A stretch of DNA of 64,000 nt from the human T2T-CHM13v2.0 reference genome, Homo sapiens. Numbering within the stretch: the first letter of the stretch is position 1; every line of letters starts with the position of its first letter. The notes beneath the pieces were generated by a model that saw nothing but the letters and a program-made list of their open reading frames with translations, ran no database searches and was not told the origin of the DNA. Where the stretch lies: assembly GCF_009914755.1 (NCBI RefSeq), contig NC_060944.1; one strand, written 5' to 3'. Shown here piece by piece: positions 30,918 to 46,671 of the stretch. The position numbers and the translations under genes are program-made.

Positions 30918-33900
30918 ATCTAAATTGCTGTATCCTTGGTACTCCTACCTCCTGGTACCTTATCAGAATAAGCATTCAATGAAGTTACCTTGGGTTAAAC
31001 TGGCTGCAGGTGTGGGGTAAGTTAGCAAGGCCAAGGTAAAGCCATTTCCTTTGCAAGAAATAGACATGGACACATAATGTAATAGTCATGAATGTTTATC
31101 CATTAAAACAAAACTTTAGTAAAATAAAAAAGAAATCCAAATATCAAATTATTGTTAAAAGTGTCAAGTGATACACATGGTGTCTACCTCAGGAAAGTTT
31201 ATGTGTCCACCCGCTGCCTTAGAGGCATTTGAAAAAGTATAGAATGTTGCCAGGGTCGCTCTCAATAATAATTCTAACTTATGATTTTGAATTTAAATTT
31301 TGGGTCCCAGCGGAGCAGTGCTGTGAAAGTTTCCTACCTCATTGTGTGTCTCTGTAGATAATTTCCTCTGCTTCCTGCATCTGTTTTCTTGGATTAGTTA
31401 GGTATTATACTAAAGTCTAGAATTCTTTTGGCTGCAGAGCTTTCTCTGCTGCTTCCCTTCCCCCCCAACCTACTTTATTGTGGGTGGGAAAATTTTTGTT
31501 GGGAGGGCTTGATTAATTAGAAGGGATTCCTGGCTTCCCTAGCGGTGGCAGCCTGGGAAGATTACAGAGCCTGGCTTAGTGACAGGCCAGTCTGTATTTA
31601 AGGAAAAACTCGGACCCGCCAGATTTCTCTGGAATGTGCATCTGGCTTTGTCTTCTACAGGGAATGTGTAATGATCCCCTCCTCTTTCTTCCCACCCATT
31701 CCAGGAGGCTAAACGCTTTTACTTTTGCTCTTGATGGGGTTGTCTACTTTTTATTTTGGGAGAGGGGAGGGCTGGAATTTAGGGGTGGGAAGCTTGAGTC
31801 GTTTTCTGAATCTAAAGTAAAAGATTTAAGGTTTTATTAATATTTAGGAGGAAAGGAGAGATTTTATTAAAAAAAAAAGAACTCCCTGCATCTTTACTAT
31901 CAATGTTTTTCTTTCCACTCTTTCAGAGCAATTATAGTTTTATATTCTTCTCTGAATTTCAGTTAACCTTAGTCTTCACATTCCTTAGAACACCACAAAA
32001 AGAGAAATAAGCCTAAGAATTGACAATGATTTCCCCTTTATAGTAAAAGTATAGAGCAGCTCTTTAAACTTTCAGAGAAAGAGACAGTTGAATGGTAAAT
32101 GGGTAATCACTAGGCTTTTGTCTTGCTAGTTTGCCTCAAGGAATCACTTAAATCCTGTGTCCTAGGTTTTTTCGTCTACTTAAATGGGAACGTGGTACTG
32201 ACTATTATCAGTGCTCATTTGAAAATGGCTGCGTTGATTTTGTGTATCACATTGAAAAGATTTATGCAATTATTTTCATATCAATTGAGTTCTAGGTACT
32301 GATTTTTCTACACATTTTAAGAAAGAATAAAACTGAAGTGCCTAAACAGAATAAATCACAAACATTTTAAATGGTTATATTCCTTACTGGAAATAACTTT
32401 GGAGTGTGCAACCTTTGTCCCGAAGAATGATTTTACAGAGATTTGTCCCTGTGAAACTTTTAAAGTGAAAGAAGTACCTCTATATTTCTTCTCCTGATAC
32501 TTAAAGTCTGCATCTTCCAATTCCTCCTTAATTTCATGTATTCCTTGTAAGAGCTTTATGTTTTAAAGACATACAGGGTCAATGCGAGTTTGCAGAGTGG
32601 TTGATGCTATGCCCAAACTAACATAGGATGCTGTTTTCCCATTCAGTATCATTGTTCTATTGCTTTGCTCATGCTGGAAGCTGTATTTAAGTAAGTATGT
32701 GCTGATTTCGTGAAAGAATTGAAATAAAATTAGTAAAAGTTTTCACACCAGCAGTCACCCAATGAGTTTTATCTCAGGCTTAGAGCTTTTAGATACCTTC
32801 TCACTCTGTAAGGCATCTGCTCTGAGTGTTGATGACTTTGAAACAAAGTTCTTGGACTTGAAATTAATTTTTTTTTTCTAAGAGTTCTCTCTGCCTTTCT
32901 GGCCAGACACCCAGTTTTCTAGGCTTCATTTTCCCAGTCCTTTCCTCATGTGATAATAGATAAACTAGTCTGTTCTTTTTTTGGATGACTAAAAATGTGT
33001 AAATACAGCTCTGGCTTCTTATCCTCCTTTTTAGTCTCAACTTTCCACCTGCCTCCAAGAAGTTTCTGCCTACATTGATCCCTAAAACTTCAAACAAAGA
33101 ACTGAGTTTATCATGGCTTTCATCTAAGCTGATTTTTGCTTTGAAAGTCTCTGATGCTGCCTCCACACACCCTGGGCTTGCCAAATGATGTCTCGTCCTT
33201 CATTCTTTAGTCACTTACTAAACGCATTCCTGCTCTGCAGAGCATCTTGAATTTACTCCTCTTAGAAATTCAAGCCTTTATTGTCCTTGTTTTTATGTCC
33301 ATGTTAATCTCTGAGGACCTCTGTGCCTCTCTTCTCTTACCATTCCAGTTCATCTAGACAAGTGCCAGGGTAATGTTTTCTTAACATCATATTCATCATG
33401 TTACTTCCTTGCTTAGGTGATCAGGGTAATTCCTTTTGTTTAAATGGATCTAATCTGAACTCTCCAGCTAGACGTAAGGCATTCTGATAATTACTCTCCC
33501 CTTCCTTTTTAACTTGGACCCATGTTTGTTTTCATCTTGGAACTGGGGAACGTGGCCCACTTATTCCTGTGAAACTAATGCATTTGCATTTCCTGCAGTC
33601 ATCTGGCTTTTCTGTGGTTTTCCCTCTGTTTGCTATCTCTCACCTTTTCTTCCTTGGTCCACACCCTTCAGCTTTTTCCAAGCTTGACCAGTGAATGACT
33701 TGCTTTTTCTTTGTTACACATCTAAACCTTTCCCATATTGATTTCTCTCTTGCTATGTGTTTTTTTGACTGTTATGTGCAGTTTATGTTATGTTTTATAT
33801 ATATTTCCAATTTGTTTTCTTTCCTAAGAACATCATCTTGAGGTGATATACATCTGCTTTTATATACATTATGCCTAGCCACATTCCCTGGGAAGAAGGA

Positions 33901-33949
33901 GCTGTCCTATGCTTCTTTCATATCTGCACAGACCTTGAATAATCTAAAG

Positions 33950-34146
33950 CAGGGGTGTCCAATCTTTTGGCTTCCCTGGGCCACACTGGAAGAAGAATTG
34001 TCTTGGGCCACACATAAAATACACTTATACTAACAATAGCTTTAAAAAAAAATCGCAAAAAAAATCTCATAATGTTTTAAGAAAGTTTACACATTTGTGT
34101 TGGGCTGCATTCAAAGCCATCCTGGGCAGCGAGTTGGACAAGTGTG
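33950..34146 (+). mobile_element. MER30 (hAT-Charlie)
   Basis: caggggtgtccaatcttttggcttccctgggccac; 8-bp TSD atctaaag/gtctaaag. Confidence 0.92.
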
Positions 34147-36679
34147 GTCTAAAGCATTTCTGAAGTGCCCAGTACCCCCCACTTTCCTTGTCCCAAAGAT
34201 GACAAGTTTCTTCGTCTTGGCTCATAGAGAACAGGGAAGTCACTCCAGCTTTGGATTATTTCTTACTGGTCTTTTTTTCAGTTCCAGTCAGGGAATGTTG
34301 TAATCTTCAATTTGTGGTATATTTGTTTTTTTAAAAAAAAAATCATCTCAACCTATTTCTCCTTTTAGGAGTCCACAGTTCCACTTTGAAAATATTTTTA
34401 ATAATTCTTTTGAAAATAATCTCTATTAATAATCAAGATGACAATCCATAGAATTTGCTTCTATATGCTTCAGAAAAGTAAAATGTTTCAGTATAATGGT
34501 TTTGATTGTCTAGACATTATATTTTATTTTAATAATTTCTTAGTGTTAGACCTTGATACTTTTAATTTTTTCCAACATATGTACAAAGCATGTGTTTTTA
34601 TTACTTATTCTAGTGTAAAAATTAATTCTTACCAGAAAAGTAAACTCAGGATCTCTTACCAAATAGATGAACTCAGTAAGCACCTTGGATTCTCTCTGAG
34701 GGCTGTAGGGGGCATCATTGTTCCAATGTTTTATAAAGTATCTTCCCGCTGTGATCTAAAGAAGCACAGCAACTAAAGTGCTTTTACAGTCGTTGGCTCG
34801 TGCCCACGTTACTATGACATCCTAAATGCCTGTTTGTTTGCCTGGTGGTTGTATGTGCACACTTGCATCCCTAGCCTTTTATGAATGTGTATATTTAGAT
34901 TGCTTCTGTCATAGAGTCCTCCTCACTAGGATGTACCACCACCAAACACCGAGGGAAGACAGTCCCAACGACGAAAACTATCCAAAGTGGCCCCAGGGAA
35001 AGCATTCTCAGAGTGACACAAGACTGCCTCTTCAGTACTTCCTTTCCAGATTCAGGAACCTGGAGATGATGGTCGGAGAGTAAGGATCCTCTTTGTCCTT
35101 TGAAAGCTTTGGGACCCCAGTTCCGCCCTGGTCCCAGCAGTAAGGGCTGGAGGGGGCCAGTCGAGTCTGGAAAGAAATCCTTGAAGTCATAGTTTTATTA
35201 CCATTACTGCTCATCCGACTCACCTTTCCTTTTTGTTATTATTACTCTTAGTTTGGGGGATGCTTGGTTGAGAAAGTGAGGGATGGGGTAGCGATTGAGA
35301 GTGTCCTTGCAATTTACAGTCCCAGAGAATTCCATGGAAATGACATTCCATTGAAATGGCAAAAACGTACAGCAGCGTAGCCGTCATTAGCCAAATAATG
35401 TAACGATGCATAGTGTTTGCTAATTGTGCTTTGAGATACTTCTCTAGCAGTAGGCTCTTGGAATATCCATGATTAAGTAATACAGGAAGCTAGGCCTCTA
35501 TATGTGTCACTTTGTCCCATGTGAGTGTCATGTGACAAAAACACTGATTTTCAGACTGTTGGAAATAATCAGGTTATTAATAGTTACCTTAAACACTCAC
35601 ATACACACATGCACACACTTGTGCTATATTTTGCGAGTTTAATATGAGGTGAAAAAAGAATGTCATGCTGTTTGTTCCACAGTGGAATAGCATTATATAG
35701 ATTCTGGTAAGGTATGTACCAGGTCTAGCATCCGGATCCTTATTACCTGAAAAATTCACCATATGTTACTGATTAGTATTGAGATCATGTCTGGTTCTAA
35801 ATTTTTGTGGTTCTCTAAATCTATTCATTTTACTCTAGGTTCTTTGATAACACTTCTTGAAATTTAGATCATCAAGTCTTTGAGGAAAGGATTCTAGAAA
35901 ATTAAAATATCAGACTTTTAATCAGGATTCCTGAATTCATGTTGTGGTTTCACTTTTGAAAACTGGATGACTTTGGGTGAATTTTATTACCCCTTTGAGC
36001 ATCTTATTTCTTCAGCTATAAGGTAGGATTAACAGCAGTGTCTGTTTTACAGGGTTTCTTTTGGATATCAAATTAATATAAAAGACATAATGCTGTGAAA
36101 GTGGGAAAATAACATTTTATGCATGTCTTAGGCTGTCAGTAATTATTTTATTATCTTACAGTGACATGCTGTATGGTATTTGAGGGACTTGGCCTTGACT
36201 TATTTGTTCCTGGTCTCATAATTCTTGGGAGTGAGGAATAGTCTAATTCTTTTCGTATGTGAGGGCTCAATTAGCAAATCTTTATTTATCCTCATCATGC
36301 AAGGCCCTGGGTTAGGCACTATAGACACAGATGAGGCTGATGATTGCCCATCCCTAACCTCAGGTAGTTTGCAGTGAGAAATTAATGTGTCAAACTAATA
36401 TCATTAAATAAAGGTTAGTGAAAAAGAGATACCAGAGCACCCAGCATAGCTGGGTTATGACCAGATGAGCCCAGTAATTTTTTTCAGACATGTTTCTGAA
36501 TGGGATGTTGTGGAAAAGCCATAGGGCAGCCAGTCTGTTGGGTGCACTATTTGTTAATCAGTTTATACTTTGGGCTACAGTGGCAGGTGGTCAGGATTAG
36601 AAGTTAGGGTTGTTAGATTTTAGTCCTTGCTATTGATTCCTATCTAGGGGCAAGTCAGCTAGCCTCTTTTGTTTCCGTT

Positions 36680-37135
36680 ATCTGTATCTGTGTGACAAAG
36701 AAGCCCCACTATTCTCATATTTCAATGGGTCAGAAAATCCAGCTGGGCAGTTTTTCTGCTTTATTTGTCTTTGGCTGGGGTCAATCACTCAGATGCATTT
36801 GGTTACTGACCAGGCTACAAAGCTCTAGAAGACTTCACTCACATGTTTAGTTCTTCTCAATGATACCCTCTCTCTTCACAAGGTGTCTCATCACTCAGTA
36901 ATCTGGCTTGAGCTCCCTTACAACATGGCATCTAGCTTCCCCAGAGCACATGAAAGTGGAAGCTGCCAGCTTCCTAAGGGCTACCTCTGGAACTGGCACA
37001 CTATTATTTCCACTGTATTCTATTGGGCAGCAAATCACAAGGTCAAGAGGAGAGGAAATAACTGCCTCTTGATGGAAGGAGCAGCGTACCTCCAGAGGAG
37101 GGAAGGGATTGTTGGTGGCCATCTTTGGAAATTGT
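36680..37135 (-). mobile_element. Old MLT1 LTR
   Basis: ggcttgagctcccttacaacatggc...gggattgttggtggccatctttggaaa. Confidence 0.65.
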
Positions 37136-37210
37136 TTAGTGTAGTTTTCTTATTTGTTTATTATAGTTTTCTTATCTATTAAATGAGATGTTGAATTAGG
37201 GAGTTTCTAA

Positions 37211-37542
<332 letters not shown>

Positions 37543-38546
37543 TGGTAATACTATACATTTTTATTTAAGGGATTTTTGTGTGCATGGTATAATGGAAATA
37601 ATTTGGCCTTTGGAGGCAGAAAGGCCTGGGTTTGAACCAGGGCCTTAAGATTGACCAGCACCTTGGGAAGTGACTTGAGTCTTTCTGAGCTTTTGTACAC
37701 ATCTGTTAAATAATAGGGTTAATTAAATAGGATTAATGTTAACTCACTTCTATAATAATTGTCCATCTTAGCACAGAGTCACGACCCAGAAGGTGTTAGC
37801 ACCCATCCCTTTTCCCTTCTTTGTTACCTGATACAGGCCTTTTAAAGCCAACAATAGTTAAAGATATTCATTGAGGTTTTTTTGTTTTGTTTTGTTTCAT
37901 TCAAGTATAAAAATGTTTAGGTGTTTAATTGTGTTTTGCAGATGCTGGCTTATTTTTCTAAGACCAGGAGTTCAAACAAAACTGTTAAGTTTGTTTATCT
38001 GTTTTGTTGTTATAAATTGTCCTTAGAACATTGTTGCTATTAAGAAAGCAGGCTTAAAAATAACTTAATTTGAAAAATGCATTTTGGTCTGTGAACAGCT
38101 GAGTTATTTGGCATTCTAGTAACTTTTGTCTGGAAGAAAAAAATAGCTGTGGGGCATGGCCAGCATTCGGTCTGGCTGTTATACGCTGTGGTGGTACTTA
38201 GCTTGTGAACCAGGCCTGATAGGTGAGACTGGGCATGCACTTCTACTCACAGGCTAAATGGTTGAAACCACTGGGGTCAGAAAGCTCAGCAACTAAGGGC
38301 AGTAGGAGAAAAGAAAATCTCTGTTGTCTCTAAAGCACTGGTTCTCAGTGTATTCCCTGGACCAGCAGCATTAGTATCTCCCACAGTCATTGCAGTGATT
38401 TTATTGTACTGGTTATTGAGAGGGTTAAATAAAAGGATGCGTATAAAGTGTTTAGCACAGTACCAAGTAACCATTTTAGTAAGTGTTAGGCATTATTAGT
38501 AATATTCATCTTCATTGTCATAAATATTGATAATCATTGTGGTTAA

Positions 38547-39227
<681 letters not shown>

Positions 39228-40374
39228 AAAGCTGCCTGAGTTCTGATTAGTTCTTTTTAAAAGCTTATGAATGGTGTGCTGGTCTAACAATATTTCAAGT
39301 TGTCAAGTAAGAAGGAGCTTCTTACAAAAGCCCATCGTTCTGAACAAGATATTCTTCAGTCCAAAATAATATTGAGAGATCACATAACACAGCTATGCAG
39401 ATATATTCTAAGCCCTAACTTCGTGGGAGTCATTAATGCCATTTAATGAGGCCCCATACAATGTCTGAACTCTGGAGTTTGCTTTTAAGAGCCATTCTTT
39501 CCTAGACCCCCTTCCCTTCTTTACCTTAGGTATTGATGTCCTCCATTTACATCTCTGTGGAGTTTTTTCCTTTTTCTTTTTTCCCCCGCTCCCATTTGTG
39601 GTCAAATAAGGATCATGGTTAACCCCAGAAGGAAGGCCAGATGGGCCTTGGGGGCCTGGGCTGGGGCTGGAGCCTCTCCACTTCCGCCGGCCGCCTTGTT
39701 CACTTCCTTTTTTTCCCTCCCTTACCACTATGTTGCAGCCAAACTTCCAAAGTGAAAAGCAGTTTATTCCATCTAATCGGGGCTGCTGAATCAGAGGTGT
39801 TGGGGGTGTTCCCTGGGATGATGCTGCCCTTTGGCCACTGATCTCTGTATCATAGCTTACCTCGGCCTCCCTCTGGCGCCACCATCCAGGACTGGAAGCA
39901 TTTGCTTTTCCTCAGGGAGCCGTGGGTTCAGGCCATGGGTGGTGAGAGAGTCTCATCTTCTCCAGCTTCCTGGTCCTCAGACTTGAGTAACACTCCTTAT
40001 CCTCTGTCTGTTGCCTTCTTTGGGCAAGCACGTGGAGCCGCTCAAGTAAAGCTGCTCTTCATTGGGAATATTATCTGCCAAGGCTAAGCCAGGATCCCTA
40101 GAGAGCATCCAAGTCAGGGCTTTCAGCAGAGTTCCCTGGAAGCACTGCATTCTGTGGAGGGCCAGAGCCAGATCCCTGTCTCTGCTCCAGCCGACAGCTC
40201 GGCCACCATCAGTTTGGTGTATTGAGGTCATGCATAGAATTTAACATTGAAAAACATCCTTGTTCAGCTCCTTCAGTGATGAGATGAGAATCCCTGGGGA
40301 GTGGAAAGTGAGGATCTCAGAAGTTGCCCAAGGGAACTTAGTGTCTTATTTAGAGTCATAATAACTAGCTTAGA

Positions 40375-40870
40375 CTAGCGTAACTGCTAGTCAAGGCTCT
40401 TTGGAAGGAAGTAACACCCACGCAAACTACTAGAACTTGAAATGGGCAGTTTATGATAAGGGAGTGTGACTGTCTCAGCATACTGGCATCAGTGTGCTAT
40501 TGAGCTGGTGAGGGCCTGGAGGTAGCTTCAGGTTGCCCATGGCCCTGAGGCAGCTTCACTGTGGGCCTCTCTTTGAGAAGTGGGATTCTGGTCTTTGCAT
40601 CTTCCTTGTTATTCTCCCTCTGCTGGCCTCTCTCTGCTCCTTTGTTCATGTTGCAGAAGATAGTGGCTCCTCACCTCCCAAGTGACATATCCTACAAAAC
40701 TGCTGCACTTTCTGCCCCAATAGCAAACTTCTGGAGGTGAATTTGGGCAGATGTCCACTTTTGCTTCATCGATTGTGGCACGGGGCAGTGTCACATGGTA
40801 AATACATGGCTGCCCATGCCCACCCTTGAGCATGACAGCTGTCAGAAAGAGGGGCATAGATTCCCCCAGA
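40375..40870. mobile_element. Old MLT1 LTR
   Basis: tagtcaaggctctttggaaggaagtaacaccc...gtcacatggtaaatacatggctgcc. Confidence 0.55.
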
Positions 40871-42182
40871 AGTTACATGATAGTACTTTACAATTTAGAG
40901 ACTTTGCTGGAAAGTTTCTTTTTGGCAGTCTCATAGACAGGCCTTTTTACAGAACATAGTAATGAGCACTTACAGTTTGTAGAGAGGCCTCGGGGGCATC
41001 CAAGAGGTAGCTGGAATAATCTGACCCTTGAGAAGCTTCTCTTGGTTCCTGGGGATGACGATGGTCATAATTAACTGCTTTACTTACAACTTGGCAATGT
41101 GTTTTATTATCGGTGTGCATTTTGAAGTGTTTTAAGGTTTTTCACATCCCTCACTGTGTGTGTGTGTGTATATATATATCTGTTATGATAATTAAACCAA
41201 ATATTGTAAAAGTCAAGAAAAGTGTCAAAGAGGATGTCATTCTACTAAACTTTTTTGAATGGCTACTCTTTGATGATCTTGTGAGTTGGGAGAGGACCCA
41301 ACCTTCAGTAGCATGAATCTGGTCTTAAATCTTAAATTTTGAAGCACTGAATGCATTGCAAAGTGTCCCATAGTCATCTATGAGTGTGCATATTTGCTTT
41401 TGACTCAGCATTCCATTTGTACTTCCTCCACAACAAAAAATGCATTGTAGCTTTAGTATTTTTAATTGTCACCAAGTAGTACTGCTAGCCATTGTGCAAA
41501 GTCTACCAACAGCTGATAAAATGATTACATTTTTAAAGGTTGCTGGATGGAATCAGATGTTGCTGTATCAGTTCCTATGCCGCGTGTGTCTGTTTCACTT
41601 CCCATAATGACTGATTCTCCACCTGCCATGACAGTGCATTCTTGATCTGCTGCGCCCTCCTTGGGTTGGGGACTGGAATATTTATTTTTAGGAAAAGTTA
41701 AAATTATCCAGAGAAGGGTGCTTTCTGTAAAATTTACATGAATCAGCCTCTTATTGCAGAGATCATGGGAGATGTGTGTGTGTGTAGATAAAAAAAACTC
41801 AATGGAAAAATGTAAAACTGTTAAAGGGAAGGAATATAATGAACATTGTTTTACCCATCACTATCTTTAACATTGTGGGCACTTTTAAATTAACTAGTAT
41901 TCAAACTAAATGTGTGTTTAATAAAAGTGAATGGTACTACATAACATTAATGCTTTTGCAGTTAAGCTAGATTTTCCAAATTTCAGCAAAACCAAGAGTC
42001 TTAGCTCCTTCCTTCAGTCTTCAGTTTAAATTCTAAGAAATATTATTCGAAGTTTAAGAGGTCTTATTAGGGCATTAATGTGGGTTTTCCCGTATCAAGA
42101 GCAGACACAGGTTTTTGGTGTCTTAGGTTCTAAAGATACCAGTGTTCCTTAGATTTCTGACCTGACTGTGAAGGGAATTCTC

Positions 42183-42639
<457 letters not shown>

Positions 42640-42910
42640 TAGGATCTTGGTTCCTTCTCTCCAATATGGGGATAATAAGTGTCAATCTTCATGGGGTTGT
42701 TACATAAAAGGTTTCTAACACAATGCCTGGCAACTGGTAAGCATTTACCAAATAAATAAGCCTTAGCTTAATTAGTAATCAAAGATACCAGCTGGGAAAC
42801 ATATCTATTTTAAGATTATATAGGCTCCTTCTCATCCTCTTTGGGCATTTTATTTCAGCTGCTTAAGATGTGAAATCTGTGTGTTGTGGTGTTCCTTGTT
42901 ACAATCTCCC

Positions 42911-43271
<361 letters not shown>

Positions 43272-44304
43272 TAATAAAGTAGGTGTTTTTCACATTTTCA
43301 TGTGTTTCCTATTTAGTTCAGTAGGTGTTTTTCCTGTTTAGTTCTCACAACACTGTGAAGTACATGTTACTGTTGACATGTCACAGATGTGACAGGCAGT
43401 GAGATTGAGTAATTTGCTCAGTTGGGAGGTAGAGAATGTGAAAAGCAGGTTTCAAGCCTGGGGTCTCTGACTCAAAGGCATATGCTTTGATGAAGATCGA
43501 AACTCTAGCTACAAGCTTGTGAAGATATTAATTTAGAATCATCCTTGTCCAGTAATAACACAACTACTTATAGTGGTTTGTAATTTTAAACATTTTATTA
43601 ATATTAACTATATTACATTTACTAACCATGTTAAAATATGTTCTCTTGGGAGGTAGGCAGCACAGGTAACATTGTTAAAGAAGGGGCCCTGGAGCCTCTG
43701 ATTCTTGTTCTTTATTGTCCTTGCCCCTCAGTAAAAAATCCTTTAGGAAAACAGATGCGTTGATGACTGTGCTGGTCAAAGGTCAATTTTGGACCCCAGA
43801 CTCCTTTGTAAAAGCTTAATGAATCTGACCAACTCTTCTAAGCTCTTCTAGAGGTAGCTGCCACTCCCAAGGGAGAGATTCTTGAGCTCCTTTGGCTTAC
43901 CAAGTGGGATGGGGTGAGATGGTATGCAAAGAGGGAAGGTGAAAGAAAGAAGGGGGTCAGTCTTGGAGAAAAAGGCGTATTACCTCTATTCAGGTAGAAG
44001 CAAGAGAAAACTGCCTAAAACCTGGGATTCCAGGGATGAGCTTGCCAATCCTCCCCCTACTCAGGCCTCTGCCCAGATTCGGGACTGGCATTGGAGAAGG
44101 AGTTAGGGAGACCTTGAGAAGTGGTTAGGACGGTGGACTCCACCTAGAGGCAAGTAGTGACTCTGATTCCTTCCCATATGACAAACCAGCCTTCTGGGAA
44201 AGGTGAGGACAGTCTGGGTAAGTCATCTGCGGATGCAAAATGAAAATCTGTATTGTATAACTTCTAGGGTCTTAGTATACTTCTTTTTTTGTTTGGTAAA
44301 TTAA

Positions 44305-44661
<357 letters not shown>

Positions 44662-44688
44662 TCGAATTGCATATTTCTATTACTGTTA

Positions 44689-45037
<349 letters not shown>

Positions 45038-45127
45038 GCAGGTAAACAGATGAACAAAACTTGTTTTATAAAAAATGACCTATTTATTTTTATTATGAAT
45101 AATTCAAAGAAGAAAAAGTAGTCACTC

Positions 45128-45432
45128 GGTTGGGTGCGGTGGCTCACGCCTGTAATCCCAGCATTTGGGGGGCTGAGGTGGGCAGAACGCTTGAACCCAG
45201 GAGTCTGAGACCAGCCTGGGCAACACGGTGAAATCCTGTCTCTACAAAAAAATACAAAATATTAACCAGGCATGGTGGCATGCACCTGTGGTCCCAGCTA
45301 CTGGGGGATTGGGGCCGAGATGGGAGGATCACCTGAGCCTGGGAGGTTGAGGCTGCAGTGAGTTGTGATTGAGCTACTACACTCTAGCCTAGAGTTTTGG
45401 AAACAGCAGGACCCTGTTTCCAAAAAAAAAAA
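45128..45432 (+). mobile_element. AluJ
   Basis: Diverged dimeric Alu. Confidence 0.9.
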
Positions 45433-46163
45433 AGGAAAATCAGTCCAAATAACTTGATAGTGTTAAAAGAACATCATTCCGGATGTGTACTGTAGATTAT
45501 ATCATATGTACAGATGGAATGATTACAATTAAAGGTAGAAATACTTTTGTTAAATATGGCATATTATAGCTATTGTTTTAACTAAAAATATAAAACGTGA
45601 TTTTACTTTAACAATAGATAAAAGAAGAATTGAAATATAAGGAATTGCTGAACCTCAAATTTCTTTTTCTCATGTAGATTTTCCTATAAGATTTCTTTGA
45701 AATTAAAATAGCCTAGAAATAAATAGGTTGAACTGATTTTTAAAAAATTAAATTTCAGTTTTAGATACTAGTGATTGATTTCTACATTGTAAGTATTTCA
45801 TTTCCGGAATTGTTTCATGCTTGAGAACGTGTCCTCTTTGCCTTTATATTTGAATGATGCTTTAGCTGGGTGTAGTAGTCTTGGCTCTTACTTTCTTTCT
45901 CTCAGAGCTTTGTAACAACATTTTCACCACTATTATCTGATATTGAATATTGCTCTGGGGAAATGCAAAGCCAACTTAATATCTCCCTATTATATAGGTG
46001 ACTTGTTTTTTGTTTTGGATATCTAGAAGACTTTGTATTTGTCCTTGAAGTATAAAAGCTTAACTATAACATCTCTCAGTGTGGAATATTCTTACAACTT
46101 TTTTTTTTTTAAATTTTGATATGTGTACTTGTTTTGGTATGTTCATTCTTCAGAGACATTCTT

Positions 46164-46354
46164 TTTTAAAAAAGGTTTGTATAAATTTAGGGGGTTCAAG
46201 TGCAGTTTTGTTACCTGGATATATTGTATAGTGGTGATGTCTAAGTTTTACTGTTAAAGGAAAAGAAATCACTCTATTGAAAAGATGGCTGCACTTGTAT
46301 GTTTATAGCATCACTATTCACAGCAGGAAAGATATGGAGTCATCTTAAGTGTCC
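46164..46354. mobile_element. Short 5'-inverted L1 insertion (L1MA/PB-like) inside an older L1ME
   Basis: Antisense 3' end joined to a sense ORF2 piece; TSD agagacattctt / agagagattctt. Confidence 0.75.
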
Positions 46355-46671
46355 AGAGAGATTCTTACATTGTCTCATATCTTGGAATCCATTGTCTGTT
46401 CCATTTCTTAAGTTGTCTTCTTCAGGGATCTGTTCTCCTATTAGATTATTTTTATCTGCCTTTCATTTTTATTAGCTTTTCTCTAATTGCTTCAATTTCC
46501 TTGTTTATTTTATTATTTTAAAATTTGAATTTGCCATGATTATGCAAACTTTCTCACTGTCAGTAAATTAGTTTTCAGGGATGTCAGCATCTTGTTTGTC
46601 TTGTTTTCCCTTATATATTAATGCTATAGTAACGCTGACTTTGATTCTCAATTTATTTCCTTATTTTCCCT

